A DNA stretch of 64,000 nucleotides from NCBI GenBank assembly GCA_004431415.1, contig QPMI01000169.1:62001-126000 (forward strand), written 5' to 3'. Shown piece by piece: positions 24,157 through 38,031 of this stretch. This stretch comes from Cyanophora paradoxa CCMP329. Its lineage: Eukaryota > Plantae > Glaucophyta. The position numbers and the translations under genes are program-made. Within the stretch, counting starts at the first letter, position 1. Every line of letters begins with the position of its first letter. The notes under the pieces were generated by a model. The model saw nothing but the letters and a program-made list of their open reading frames with translations, made no database searches and was not told the origin of the DNA.

Positions 24157-27100
24157 ATGTCGAGCAAGGGTAAAGCCGCTGTGCAGCCCGGCCCTGCGGT
24201 TGCGCAGGTTGGCTTGGGATCGATCGATGAAGAAAGTGGCAGCTTCATCCGCCGCCGCGCAAAGCCGCCCAAGCTAGCATCCCCAACACCTGAGGGAGAC
24301 AACTCGCAACAGTTTGAGCAGATAGAGCGTGTCGCGGCCGTGGCCGTCGCAAAGAAAGCCTGGGCGGACAATGAGTCGCCGATGAGCTTCTCGGGTGCCC
24401 CGGAGTTCAATGAAGACTCCGCTGCTTCAGCAGATGCGCGCAAGCGGCCGGGCCGGGAGGAAGCCAACCTTGTGAACTGGTGCGCGGATCGAATTTGGCG
24501 GCAGGCTCGGCGCCTTGTCTAAGCGATCGCTTCTGCCTGCAGGCGCGTTCCAAATGTCAAGTACACTGATTCCGCAAGTGGTGGCGGCGACGCAGCGACG
24601 AACGTGACGAGCAGCCCGCGCAAGGCAAAGCCCGGGAAACCCGATGACCGCGGCAAGGCGAGCTCGCCCCCCATCGACACGATATTCGAATCCTGCATCG
24701 CTCACTTGTCCCTGACCACCGCCGCAGGCACCGCCACCGGACGTCGCAGCGCGGTCTCAGCGAAGCTCGTCGTTCAGCAACTCGGACGCCGCGAGCGTTT
24801 TGAATTCCGCGCGCCCCAAGGACAGCGAGGAGCGCGAGCGCTCTCTGCGTGCGCGCCTCTGGAACAATGCATTCCAGCAGCTCCGTCGGTGTGCCGCTGG
24901 CCGTCCCGCCACCTCACCGCCCGTGCTCCTCACGCCACTGGCAGCGCGGTTGACGAGCTCTATCACATGTGCGAGTTGGAGTCGAGTCGAGATGAGTGCA
25001 GGGAAGCGATCCGGGTCCTTACCATGTGCCAGCGGGACTTCCAAAACGTCCGGGACTTCTTTGCTTTTTCACAGAATACGTCTGCTCTTGCCGACGCCCG
25101 TGCGCAGCTCATTGATCGAATGGACGTGCAAGAGCAGTTTGAGAAGGGTTGCGAGGGGGAGGAGGGCCAGAGCGGCGACCGGCCGCGCTCGCGCCAATCC
25201 ATCGCCTGGGGGGCACGCGCGCCTCCCCCGACCTGCCCGGCCCCCCTGACATGCCCTCCAGGTCCGCAAGACGTCGCCCGTGCGGAAGCTGTCCCGGTCC
25301 GGGCGCACCACTCCGAACCGCTCGCCGCACGAGTCCATCCCTGGCTCGCCAAGCGCCCCCTCGTTCTTGACGGCGGACCGGCCGGCCTCCATGCGCGGCC
25401 GCACGACCCTCACCGTCGACACCCGCGCGTCATGCGAGGCTCGCTCTGCGCGCGCCTAGTTCGCGCCCGCCCGCTCACGAGGGAGGCAGACGCCGGTGGA
25501 AGATGACCCGGGGGCCGGCGTCGGCCTCGTGGACGCCGCCAAGCCGCCCGCACTCGACTCCTCCTTCCTCTCCGTCTCGAGCGAGCTCACGTGGGCTCAG
25601 AAGCTCATGTGCGCGCCCCTCGGAAGCGCCCGCGTTTAGGCCGCGGCTTGGCGCCTGAGCGGCGGCTCGCGCAGGCGGGGCGTGCGTCGCTCTTCGCCGC
25701 AGCGCGGCCGCGAGCTGCACGAGAAGCTGTCAAGCCCCGAGCGGAAGAAGCGCCCGCCCACCGAGGTCAAGCGCATGCAGGAGGAGCGGCAGGTGCCTCC
25801 TCCCGGTCCGCGCTGTGCTCCCAGGGGCGACATGACTCACGCTTTGCAGGCGCGGGCGCGCGAGCTCCGCGAGAAGCGCGAGATCGAGAAGCAGGAGAAG
25901 CTGCGCCTCGTCACGCACCGCGTACGCATACCTCTGCGCCGCGGGGCTTCGGTCGCGCTCACGGGCGCGCAGATCCAGAACGTGAGCGAGAAGCAGGAGC
26001 AGGAGAGCTCGAGGCGGCGCGTCGAGATCGAGTCGAAGCTGGACCGGGCCGGCAGCGTGCGCGGGCGCCGGCGCCAGCCGCGCGCGGGTCGGGGTTGACG
26101 CGAGGCGGGGCGGGGCGCAGCTGCACGAGGCGCACCTGCAGGAGATCGTGCGGAAGGCGAGCAACGAGGCCGAGAAGGTCTCCGAGGTCGCCTTCATCGA
26201 GCGCCTCCAGTGCGCCCCCGCTCCCGCCCCCGCCCCGCCCCGCCCCGCGCCCGGTGCTGGGGCGAGAGGGGAGGCTTGCGCAGGCAGGCGAACGCGAAGA
26301 TCGCTCTGGAGGAGAAGGTGAAGGAGAGCGAGAACCGGCGCCTCGAGCGCATCGAGGAGACCAAGCGCCGCAGCCGCGAGGAGGCGGTGCGCTGCGGCCC
26401 GCCCCGGCGCCGGCCGCCCCGGGGCTCACGCCCCCCGCAGGAGAAGCAAGCGGCCGTCCTGGAGCGCAAGCGGCGCAACGAGGCCGAGCGGCTCAACCGC
26501 ATCGCCGTGCGCCGGCCGCCCGACCGCCGGCAGCGCGTGCTTCGCGCCGGTCGAGGCGCGGAGCGCAGAACAAGGAGGAGCGGCTGCGGGAGGCGGCGCA
26601 GAAGCGGGAGGAGGAGCGGAAGCAGGCGCTGGCGCTGCGCGAGGCCCGCGCCGAGCAGCACGCGAAGCGCGCCGAGGAGCTCGCCTCCTCCCGCCAGGCC
26701 GCCGCCGTCTCCGCCGTCCGCCCTCCCGCCGCCGCCAGCCGCGCCTTCCCTCCCTCCTCCCGCCGACGTCCCGGGCGGGGCGCGCGCAGGAGCGGAAGCT
26801 GAAGCAGAAGATGGAGGAGAGCTCGATGCGGCACAAGACGCAGGTCGGGCTCCGCCGGGAGCGCGCCACCGCCATCGCCAGCAAGCTCAAGGCCCGCGCT
26901 GCCCCTCCGCGTGCCCTCGCGCGCCGCCTGAAGCCCCGCGCAGGACGGGGTGGCCGGCGGGACGGGAAGCGAGCAGGAGAGCGTGCGGCCGATGTCGGCG
27001 CCGGCGCGGCGGCCGACCGGGGCCGAGGAGCCCGAGCGGGCGCCGGCGACGGAGCGGAAGGAGCGGCGGAGCAGCGGGCCTCCGAAGGAGCTGCTCTTGG

Positions 27101-29995
27101 AAGCAGCGCGCGACTCCCTCCAGGAGCCCCGCCGCCGCCCGGGGCAGGACTCGCCCTTGTCCTCCCCGGTCCGCGACGCCGGCGGCGAGGGGCCGGGGCC
27201 CCACACGCCGGGCTTCGGGCACGCCCTCGCCGCCATGGCCACGAGCGCCGCGGAGGCCGGCCTCTCGCCCTCCCAGCGGCGCCTCTACAAGCGCGTCTGC
27301 CGCGTCTGCAACGTCGAGGCGAGCCCGCCCACCGCCGCCAACCCGGCCCTCGGCCTGAGACACTGCCCCGCAGATCGTGTCGGATGAGTACCTGGAGGCC
27401 CACCTCGCTGGAAAGAAGCACGCCAGCAGCCTCCAGCGCGCCCGCGTGCGCTCCGCCCCGCCCGGTCCCCGCCGCTCCGGCGCCCCTCACGGGCGGGCGG
27501 CAGGCGACGGAGCAGCTGGACGCCGATGGCTGCATCATCACCGTGGCGCACCTGGGGGCGGGCGGGGCGGGGGCCGCCTCGCAGCGGGCCTCGGCGGGGG
27601 GCTACGGGAGCCTCACGGAGGCGGAGCTGCGGGAGGTCAAGGACCGCGAGGCCCGCCTCCGCAAGCGCGCCAAGCGCCTCCGCCAGAAGCTCGCCGCGCC
27701 CCCGGCCCGCCCGCACCCTCCCGCCCCAGCCCGCCCCCGCCGCTGCGCAGCCCTGACGCCCGCGCAGTTCACGTTCACGGAGCCGCAGCCGCCCGCCACC
27801 GACCCGCCCTCCAAGCCGAAGCTCAACCGGTTCCTGCAGGAGGCGCGCCCCGGGCCCCGCGGCGCGGCGCTTGGGGCGGCGGGAGACAGGGCGGGGCGGG
27901 GCGGGCTGCAGGTGGGGAAGGCAATCGCGAAGAAGAGCGCGGAGGCGCTGGAGGCGCTCCTCGGCGAGCTCGGCCGCGTCCTCGAGCAGAAGCGCGAGGG
28001 TGCGCGCCGCGCCCCGGCCCGCCCCGCCCCGCGCAGCCCGACCCGAGGGGGCGGCGCAGGGGACTCTGTGTATCTGCGGCAGCAGGGCGCGCTGGCGACC
28101 CTCGTGCAGATCGCTACATCCCGCGACCTCCGCTCCTCCGCCTCGTCCGCCCGCCCGCCCACCCGCCGCGCCGCGGCTGAGGCACGCGGTCCTGCAGGCT
28201 CCCGGCGGGGGCGCGGATGGTGCAGGCGGCGCTGCGCGCGCTGCTGCTGCTGCTGGGGCCGAGCCCCGACAACCGCTCCCTCGCCCTCGCCTCCAACCTC
28301 ATCGTGCCCCTCGTCGACACCGCCGCCCAGGCCCGCCGGGCCCCGCCCCGCGCCCCGCCCGGCTCACGCCCCCCGCAGGCGCTGGCGCAGGACGAGCCGT
28401 TCGCGCCGGCCCTCCTCCACGTCCTCACCTTCCTCCTCCGCCAGGTGCCCGCTCGCTCTCCGCCCTCCCGTAGCCCGCGAGCGCTGACGGCCAGGGCGCA
28501 GCCGGTGCCGACGCCGGCGCACGAGCAGGCGAAGGAGGACCTCGTCTCGTACTTCGTGTGCGCGGGGATAGTCGACCGCCTGCGCGAGCGCTTCAAGCGG
28601 CTGCCGCGGGGCCCCGCCGAGGGACCCCTCGCCCTCCCGCCCCTCGCCGAGCGCGCCATCCCCTTCCTCGAGGCCCTCACCTCCTTCCCGGAGTCCGCCC
28701 CGACCGCCCCGCCCGCCCCGCGCACCGTGGCGGCCCGCGAGCGCCCCGCAGGGTGCGGGAGCGGCCGGTGTACCAGCCGACGGAGACGGGCGCGGCGGTC
28801 GTCTCCGCCTTCCGCGCCTCCTGCCTCGTCAGTGCGCTCCGCCCGGCCCGGCCCCGCCCGTTAGCCCGCGCTGGCGTTCCGAGCGGGGCGCCAGGCATGG
28901 TCTCCCTGCTGGCCTCGACGCTGCTGCAGGGCGGGGCGCCGCGCGCCTGCACCGTCCCCGTCGAGCTCCGCGGCCCGCTTCTCACCACGTGCCCCGCCGC
29001 CCCTCCCCCTCGCCCTCGCCCCTCTCAGGCCCGACGCGGGGCGCAGGACGACGGCGGCGGTGAAGCTGCTGAACAACGTCGCCCTCCTCGACCTCCCCTT
29101 CGTCCAGGCCCGCCCGCCCCGCCGCCGGCCCCCGCCCCACGCCCCTGACGGCCGCGCAGGCCTCCCTCGGGGGCCCCGACCTCGTCACCGAGTTCTTCCA
29201 CCTCTCCTCCTTCCTCCTCCTCGCCTGCAGCGCCCCGGCCCCCGAGCCCCAGTCGGTGCGCCGGCCGCCGCCTGGCCTCGCAGCTTCGCCGGCCCCCGCC
29301 GACTCGGGCGGCAGGAGGTGGCGCGGCAGGACCTGCTGCACGAGCTGATCCTGCTTCTGGGCTACGCGACGCTGCAGTGCCCGGGCACGCAGCGCGTGAT
29401 GCAGTGGGGCAACTCCCCGACCCTCCTCCAGCGCCTCGCCGTGCGCCCCGCCCCGCCCCGCCCCGCCCCGCCAGGCCGTCGCCCCAGCGCCCCCGCTTGA
29501 GCGCCGGCGCGGGCGCGCAGGGCCTGCCCTTCTGCTACTTCTCGGACCCGCGGTACAAGAACATCCTCTTCCCGACGCTCGTCGCCGCCTGCTTCGGCAG
29601 CGAGCGCAACCGCGCCATCCTGCAGTCCGAGGCGCGCCCGCCCTCCCCCCCGGCCCCGCACGGGCGCCCACCGGGGCCTGCAGATGAGCGCCGACCTCCT
29701 CGCGACGTTCATCGCCGAGTACCGCGCCGCGCCCTCGCCGGCCGGCCAGTCCCCCGGTCCGCGGCGCCGGCCCGCTTTCGCCCTCGCGGGGGGCCGACGC
29801 GCGGGGTCAGCGGGGGCGGAGGGCGCAGCGCGGGCGGCGACCACGACGGTGTCGATCCCGGCGCGCTTCCAGTTCGCCAACCGCTTCCCCGCCGCCCTCT
29901 GGGAGGAGGCGGAGCGCTTCTTCGCCCCGCAGCCAGCAACGGAGCCCGCCCGCCCCGCCTCGCCGCCCCCGGAGGCCAGCCCCCATGCCGAGTAG
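24157..29995 (+). CDS. SCAPER: S-phase cyclin A-associated protein in the ER (multi-exon)
   Basis: [35 protein letters not shown], Zn finger CRVCNVE..HLAGKKH, and C-terminal [19 protein letters not shown]...[12 protein letters not shown]. Confidence 0.9.
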
Positions 29996-30091
29996 CCCCG
30001 TCTCCCAAGCCCGCGTGCACGCGCCCCCGTCGCGGCCGGCGATGCGTCTGGAGCTAGCGTTGCGAGAGGGCCTAGGCTGCGGGTACGGCGG

Positions 30092-31952
30092 CTATCGGAG
30101 GGTGACCATCTTGGCGAGGACGTCGAAGTAGTCGGGGAAGGTCTTGCGGACGCAGCCCGGGTCGTTGATCGTGATCTGCGCGGCCGGTTCAGGGGGAGGC
30201 GGGCGGGGCGGGCGGGGCGGGGGCGCTGGGACGGGCCTCGGCGTCGCCGCAGGCGGCGAGGGAGAAGGCCATGGCCATGCGGTGGTCGTCGTACGTGTCG
30301 ATGGCCGCCGCGTGCACGCCCCCCGCCGGCGGGTCGATCACGATGTAGTCCTCCCCCTCCTCCACCGTCGCCCCCAGCTGCGCCCCGCCCCGGCCCTCGG
30401 CGGGCGCCGCCGCCGCCGCCGCGGGGCGGGAGGGGGCGGACCTTGCGGAGCTCCGTGGCGACGGCGACCATGCGCTCCGTCTCCTGCGCGCCGCGATCGG
30501 GGAAAGGAAGGAAAAGGAAAGGGGGGGCGCGGCGGACCTTGACGCGCCAGTTGTAGATGTTGCGGATGGCGGTGCGGCCCTTGGCGAAGAGGGCCACGAC
30601 CGCGAGCGACATGGCGGCGTCTGCCGCGGGGGCGATGAGGCGGGGCGGGCGGGCCGGGCCGGGGGCGGGGAGGCCGGACCGGGCATGGCGTTCATGTCGA
30701 TGTCGATGCCGCGGAGCTCACCGGTGCCGGTGAGGGCGACGCTGTGCGGGGTCCACTCGACGCGGGCGCCCATCATCTCCATGACCTTGGCGTAGTTCAC
30801 GTCGCCCTGCAGGCTCTCAGTGCCGCAGCCCTTGAGGGTGACGCTGCCGCCGGTGATGGCCGCCAGCGAGAGGAAGTACGAGGCGGAGGAGGCGTCGCCC
30901 TCGACGAAGGCGGTGCCGGGGGAGACGTAGCGCTGGCCGGCGCGGATGAGGAAGGACTGGTAGTCGTCCGCGCACTCGACCTTCACGCCGAAGCGCTCCA
31001 TAAGGCGCACGGTCATCTCGACGTACGGGACGGAGACGAGCTTGTCCTTGATGACGATCCGCACGTCGCCCTTCGCGTACGGCGCCGCCATGAGGATGGC
31101 GGAAAGGAACTGACTGCTGATCGCCCCCGAGAGGCGCGTCTCGCCGCCGGGCAGGCCGTCCGCCTCGACGACGACGGGCGGGCAGCCGGTCTCCGAGCAG
31201 CTGATCTTCACGCCGAGCTGCTGCAGGCCGTCGACGAGGTCGATGATGGGGCGCTCGCGCATGCGCTGGATGCCGTCCAGCACGAAGCGGCCCTTGCCGA
31301 GGCAGACGGCGGCCGTGAGCGGGCGCATCGCCGTGCCGGCGTTGCCGAGGAAGAGCTCGGCGCCCTCGACGGGCCACTTGCCCCCGCAGCCGGTGACCTT
31401 GACCTTCTTCGCCGCGCGGTCCTCCTCGAGCGGGATCTTCATCGTGTGGAGGGCGCCCACCATCATGCGCACGTCGTCGCTGTCCAGCAGGTTCTCAACC
31501 ATCGTCGTCCCCTCGGAGAGAGCGCTGAGCAGAAGGATGCGGTTCGAGAGGCTCTTCGAGCCGGGCAGGTCGAGGACGCCGTTCACTGTCTTGATCGGGC
31601 GGAGCACTAGCTGCTCGGGGTAGCTGGCCGTCGCCGCCTCGCAACGAGCCACCTCAGAGGAGCGGGAGGGCCGCGAGGGGGCCGCCGGCGCGGCCTCCTG
31701 GGGCACTGCGACCCGGCGGACGCTGCGGAGAGGCTGCGCCGACTTGAAAGCAACCGCCGAGGAACCCAGGCTCATCGCATCCGAAGACTCGCCGAAGAAC
31801 GCGACGCGGCGCGCAGCTGCAACGCGGGAGGGCCGCGAGTCGGCGGGAGCCGACGTCTGCGCGCGCGACGTGTGCGCGATGGCTGCTGAGCTTGACGTCG
31901 CGCCGCCACGAACGGGGATGCCTGTAACGAACGCGCTGCCCTGCGACGCCAT
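30092..31952 (-). CDS. aroA: Plastid EPSP synthase (class I) with transit peptide; 5 exons
   Basis: [60 protein letters not shown] and KTFPDYF. Transit peptide [17 protein letters not shown]. Confidence 0.97.
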
Positions 31953-32209
31953 GGCTGCAGCTCTCCCGATATTTCCGCGCGGTACCCCCCCCCTTGGTGG
32001 CGCCCAGGCGCAGGCGAACGCGCGCTCGATATCGCTTGTCGGGTTGAAATTAATAAAATAAAAAGCCTGCCTGCGATTTCCTAGCACTAGTCCTACCTAA
32101 CTGCCACTAGACCTGATCTGCTCCGGCTCCGGATCTAGACGCGACGGCTGCAGCGCGGTGGAGATCGGAGCTCGAGGGATGCGCCCGCTGGCGGCGCCAT
32201 GGGGGGAAG

Positions 32210-33794
32210 CTACTCGCCGAGGAGGAGGGCCTCGAGGCGGGTGAGCTCGCTCATGGTGACGAGGCCGGCGACGAGGACGAAGAAGTGGAGGACGGAGGCG
32301 CCGCGCTCCTCGCTCTTGAGCAGGTGCGGCACGAGGTCCACCGCCGCCACGTACATGAACGTTCCACATGCGAAGGGCACCAGCAGCTGCGCCGTCCTCA
32401 GACGGGGCGCGGGGCGCGGGGCGGGCGGGGGCCGGGGGCCGCACGGGGGTGATGCGCTCGAGGGCGCCCTGGAGGGCGAGGTAGAGGCCGCAGCCGAGGA
32501 CGGAGAAGGCCGCCGAGAAGAGGTTCAGGAAAAACGCCCGCTTCTGCGGGGGCCCCGCCCCGCAGCGCGGTCGGCATCGGCGCAGGGCGGGAGGGGCGGG
32601 GGCGGGGGGCGGGAGGGGCGGGGGCACCTTGCTGAGGCCGGCGTGCACGAGGACCGCAAAGTCCTGCGAGGCGCGTCGGTGGAAGGCGGGGGGCGCGGGG
32701 CGGGGCGGGGCGGGGCGCGGGGCGGACGCCGATCTCGTGGGGGATCTGCGGCAGCTCGGGATGAGAGGGAGCGGGGGGGAGCGGGCTGGCGGGGCGGGGC
32801 GGGGCGGGGCGGGCCTCGTGGCAAATGACGGCGATGGTGGTGGAGACGCCGAGGGAGGGGCTCGTGAGGAAGGCCCCCGCGATGATCACCCCGTCCACCA
32901 CGTTGTGCAGCGTCGACGCGAGCAGGATGATGAAGGCCGTCGGGGAGATCGAGCCCCAGCCGTCCAGCCCCAGCGCGCTGTACCAGTGCTGGTGCCCGCC
33001 GTGCCCGTGGTCGTGCCCGTGCCCGCCGTGCTCGCGGTCGTGCCCGTGCGACGCCGACGGCCGCCGCCGCTCCGCCCCGTTCACGTTCACCGTCAGCGTC
33101 CCGTAGCCGTGGCTCGGGGGGCCCAGCAGCGGCCCCGCGTCCCGCGGGCTATCCGGCATGTCCCGCGGCCGCCCGCGCCCCGGCGCCGCCGGCGAGGGCG
33201 GGCACGAGTTGTGCTTGAGGCAGGGCGCCTTGGGGTGGAAGGTCTTGCGCTCCTCGGCGCCGCACGTCTCGCCGCACGAGACGCACGAGATGCGGCACGA
33301 CTGCGCCGTCTCGAAGCCCTGCTCTCAAGTGAGTGGGGCTGGGGGCGGGGGGCGCGAGAGGGCGCGGAGAGGCGGACCGTCTTCGGCTCGTCGCCGTGGA
33401 CGTGGAGCGTCTTCTCGAAAATGAAGGAGAACATGAACCCGGCGAGTAGGATCCAGCACACGGTGGGGGAGAAGCCGCCCTCCCTCGACGCCATCTCGGG
33501 CAGCATGTGGAACACCACCTCGCCCAGCAGGCCCCCTATCGAGTACGCCACCAGGCTGCAGGACGCGAGTGAGCGGCGCCCAGAGGGCCCTGCGGCGAGC
33601 GCACCTTATTAGGATGCGGTCCAGCACAGACTGGGACGTCGCTAGAAACAGGAGGCACACGACTGCAGGCGTACGCGTCAGGCGAGGCCGCAGGCTAGGG
33701 TTCCGGGCGCACGCGATATCAGGGAGACGGCAGCGACGCTCAGTAGCGCCTGGCCTTCCACAGGTAGCATGGCGCCGGCAGGAGCGTTTGCCAT
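32210..33794 (-). CDS. ZIP (SLC39, LIV-1-like) metal transporter
   Basis: GGLLGEVVFHMLPE, a His-rich loop, LHNVVDG, CHE/IPHEIG/DFAVL and GTFMYVAAVDLVP. Confidence 0.92.
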
Positions 33795-34353
33795 CTGACG
33801 CGTTCCTTGCAGATCGCAAGAGATTCGTGACGCGATGCGCCTTCCAAGGCCGTGTAAGGGAACGACCCGCTCACCAGAAAGAAGCAATCCAACGCGTGAT
33901 CACGTACACCGTCTGCGTATGCCATCAGCCCGCTCGCGCGATTGCATTGGCGGGGGCGCCGGCGGGCGTGTTCGACAAATAGAACGGACCTTCCCATACT
34001 TCAGAGCCAAGAGCACGCTCAGCAGCGCTGGTATTCGCTACGCGTATGCCGCGGTGCGGACGCCCGCTGCTGCTCTCGACCGGACACGTCTACGGGGCCA
34101 GGCTGGTGACGGGCGGTTCGATCAGGGTTGTATCGCCTCGTATGCAAAGCTTGCCGTCATACAGAACGCGCTGCGTCCGCGGATCCCTACTCGAAATCCG
34201 GTCTTCTTCCAGGCCGAGCCTGTACCCCCACCCGTCCTCTTCCCCCCTTGAAGCAGGTCCTCTGGCCACTTCAATGTCTCGGCCAAAGCGATGTGAAATT
34301 CTATTGACTGAAATAAAACCTAGATCTAAGGGCGCGTGGAGGGCGCGGGGAGT

Positions 34354-36909
34354 CTAGGACGCCTTCTTCTTGTCGCCCTTAGCGGGCTTCCGGGCGAAGA
34401 TCTTGGTGATCTGCTGGAGGCCGGCGGGCCCCTCGACGTAGAAGAGGATGGCGGCGTGGAGGGCGAAGAGCCAGACGAGCACGGCGCCCAGGGTGAGCAG
34501 GTGGAACGTGATCGGCTTCACCCGGTACGCCGTCACCTGCGCGCGCTGGTCAGGCGGGGGGCGCTGGGGGGGCGGCCCGGCGGGGCGGGGCGGGGCGCCT
34601 GCACGGAGGTCTTGTCGTAGAAGGTGAGGTCCGTGTCCACCGGGAAGCTCGCCTGCGCGCCGCCCGTCGGCCGGGCATGCATGGGGCCGGGGCCGGGGCG
34701 GGGGAGGGCCGGGGGCGGGCCGCACCCGGGAGACCTCGGTGACGTACTCGGCGAGGAGCTTCTCGACGGCGGGGAGGAGGGTGCCGGCGCGGGGCAGGAA
34801 AGGCGCGGCGCGGGGCGTGGCGGAGAGCGTGTCGAGCCACGCCCCCAGGAACTCCGCGTTGGGCGCCAGCGAGCCGGCGAAGACCTCCACGTTCCGGCCT
34901 GGCCCCGCGTGGGCGGGCCGCGCGGGACCGGCGAGGGCTGCGCGCGCGCACCCAGGAGGCCGTAGATGTGCTTTCCGAGGGCCTCCGCGACGAGGCGCAC
35001 GTTGCGGGCGAGCGCCGCCGTGTCCACCAGCTCCCTGCGCGCCCCCCCGTGAGGCCGCGGGCCGGCGGGCCGGCGAGGGCGCGGCCGCCCGCACCGGCGG
35101 TCGAGGATGGAGCAACGGGCCAGCATCGGGGCCGGCGCCGAGGAGGAGGAGAGGGTCCCCGCCAGGATACGCTTCTTGCTGCGCGGCCGGCTCGAACGGG
35201 GGCGAGGGCGCGGGGCGGGGCGGGGCGGGGCGAGGCGGGCGGCGGCTCGCCTGAAATGCTCGTGCTCCCACGCGACCTCAGGCGTGCTCACGTTGACCTG
35301 ACCACCCGTCAGCGGCGAGGAGGGCCGGGGCGGGGCGTGCGGGGTGGGGCGCTCGCCTTCTTGTGGACGATGTTGACCTCGACGCCGAGCTGCTCGCCGG
35401 CCGAGGTGAAGGCCTGCGGCGGCGCGTTCGTGAGAAGCCGCGGGGAGGGCGTGGCGGGGCGGCGGGCGGGCCTCGTAGAGCTTGGCGACGTCGGCGTCGC
35501 GGGCCGGCTTGGAGACGTGGAGGTGGACGGGGCCCGGCTGGGCGATGCTGTCGAGGCAGAGGGCGAACTCGACGCGCTCGGAGATGCGCGGGTCGACCGA
35601 GGCGAGCCAGTGCTTGGAGCCGGCGAAGTTGAGGCGGCCGCCGCCCGTCAGGATGAAGAGCAGGTTGTACTTGCCCTGCGTCCGCGACCCCGCGTACAGC
35701 TTCGAGAAGATCCGCGCCAGCTCCAGCAGCGCCGCAACACCGCTCCCGTTCGAGTCCGTTCCTGACGCCAACTCCTGCGCCCGCCAGCCCCCCGTCGGCC
35801 GGCGCCCCGCCGCGGCGACGGCGGCGCGGGGGCGGCGCACGGGGGCGGCCGCGAAGGAGTCGTAGTGGGCGACAACGGCGATGATCGGGAGCGCCTCGCC
35901 GCTGCTGCTGACGCCGGCGGCGCCCTCGAGCAGGCCCTGCCGGGAGGCGCGGGGAGGAGGCGAGTCGGCAGAGGGCGCCGGAGGGCGGGAAAAGGAAGCG
36001 GAAAAGGAGACCTGGACGTTGGTGAGAACGACGTTGTTGATGCGCTTCGCCTCGCTGTCGGAGACGAGGAACTGGAAGCTGCGCGGGCGGGGGCGGACGG
36101 TCCGTGAGCGCCAGTGCGGGCCGGCAGGCGGGCGGGCGGGCGGGCGGGCGGGCGGGCGGGCGGGCGGGGCGGAGCGGGGCAGCGGCGGACCCCTCGGAGG
36201 AGGCGGCGCCGGCGGTCTTGCCGGAGACGGTGAGGCCCTTCACCTCGTTGTACATGGCCCGCAGGCCCTCGTCCTCGAACGCGAAGTAGATCGGCACGCT
36301 GAACTCCTGGTTCACCAGCTCCTGCTCCCGGCATCGCAGGTCAGCCCTCTAAAAGCGAGAAAAGGAGTAACGGCAGCGCCGACCTGCTCGACGGCCTTCC
36401 ACTTGCTGATGGTCTCAGCGGGGATGGCATCCAGCTTGGGCGGGAGGAGGACGAGCACGCCGCTCGCCTGCTTCGCGGCGACTAGATTCTCTATGACGCC
36501 TGCACGGGCGTGTCACCAATGGCCAGGGGCCGCGCGATGGCGACGCGCACCGCTGCTGACTTCGTCGAACGGCACGAGTGCCACCTTGCGCGCGAGATCC
36601 GCGGCCTGTGTGCTGCTTGCCTGCGCCGTCGCGATAGCGTTAGCGCTCCCGGCCTGCCAGCCCGGCGCTGGGCCGCCGTTGGCCCGGAATCGATCGGGAG
36701 CGCACCAGGAAGTTGAGCCCGGTCCGGCGCGAGCCCAGCGGAGTCCCAGCGCGATCATACTGCGCGAGGAGGCCGTCGGACACAGGCGCGCAGGGGCGCG
36801 GCCGCGCGGGACGTGCCTGAACCATCCTGTAGGCGTCGATTGTGCGGACAGCGGAAACGGCACATGCCAGTGCCGCCAGCACGGCGAACAGAACAACGCC
36901 GCGGCCCAT
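34354..36909 (-). CDS. NCLN: Nicalin (M28-like ER membrane protein)
   Basis: Signal peptide, AYRMVQ/YD..G.PLGSR, VPIYF, AHYDSF, GTDSNGSGVAALLELARIFSKLY, AWEHEHF, and a C-terminal TM after YRVKP. Confidence 0.92.
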
Positions 36910-36981
36910 CTTAGCGGGCCCGCGAAGTCGGCGCGAACTCCTGGGTACAGCGGTGCACTCGGGTCATCTCAAGCAGGATAG

Positions 36982-38031
36982 ATGTTCCGCGCGGCGTTCG
37001 GCCGGTTTTCCATCTACGGAGCCGGAGCCGGCGCATGCAGCTATGCTCGCTCGCCGTCGGCGGCCTTGACGTCGGCGCGCCGGTGCTTCTCCTCTGGCGC
37101 CGGCTCCGGCGCAGCGGCAAGTCTGGCGTCGATTCTGCCGAGCTCTAAGCAACTTGTGATGGCCGGTTGCTTCGGAGTCCTCGCATACACCGCCGTCGCC
37201 AGCGAGAAAGCCCAAGCGGAGCGGAAGCCGGCCGCCACCGCGTCCTCCTCATCGCAGGTGCTGCAAAGCGCGTACGCCATTCATACTAAATAGCGCTCGC
37301 CAACAACCTCGCAGAAGGAATTCGAGGAAGAGTTCGGCGCCGTGCATGCGCCGGCCGCGGCGTCGGCGTCTTCGCAGTCGCAGACCATCGTCAACTCGCT
37401 GCTGCAGCAGGCGTCATTCGGCACGCTCCTCGGCATCTCTGCAGGTTACGGTTCGTCATCAGCTGCAGTCCTAGCGCTAGCCGCCGGCCTATTCGTTAGC
37501 TCGGCGTGTGGCATGCGCCACCTGCGCGTACGCGTGGCGGCCGGCACCGGTCACTTACTTCAAGCGCAGCCATTAAAAAGATTGGACGCGCCGTAGCGCT
37601 TGCCGTGGGCATCGAGATTCTCATCCTCCAGTTCGCTGCATTTTTCGGATTTATTGGTCCGTGGCTGGTTTGTCTTTCATGCGCACGTTTTCCTAACACC
37701 GCTGCGTAGACATCAACTGGGCGAGGATTCGCAAGGTGCTGGATCCGACGCACCGGAAAAAGGCGAAGGGAGCGCGGTCAGACTACCGGTCCCTGTGAGT
37801 GTTCTCGAGCCGCTGGGCCCAGTTGCGCTGTATCGGTTACGCCTCTTACGATTTCCTCGTCCCCTTGCCAGGTGGTCGCGTTTCTTCCATATACTCTTGT
37901 ACAGGTCCGCCCTGTAGATCTGCGCATGCCCCTGTTTTCGAGCCTCCTGGTTTTCGAGTTGCGGTATGCGCAGGCTGCCGTTCGGCTCGGCCTTCACCAG
38001 CGGCGTCTACCTCGGCCTGAAGTGGGGTTGA
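36982..38031 (+). CDS. FUN14-domain mitochondrial membrane protein
   Basis: QASFGTLLGISAGYAIKKIGRAVALAVGIEILILQFAAFFGFI.INW and the terminal LPFGSAFTSGVYLGLKWG*. Confidence 0.8.
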
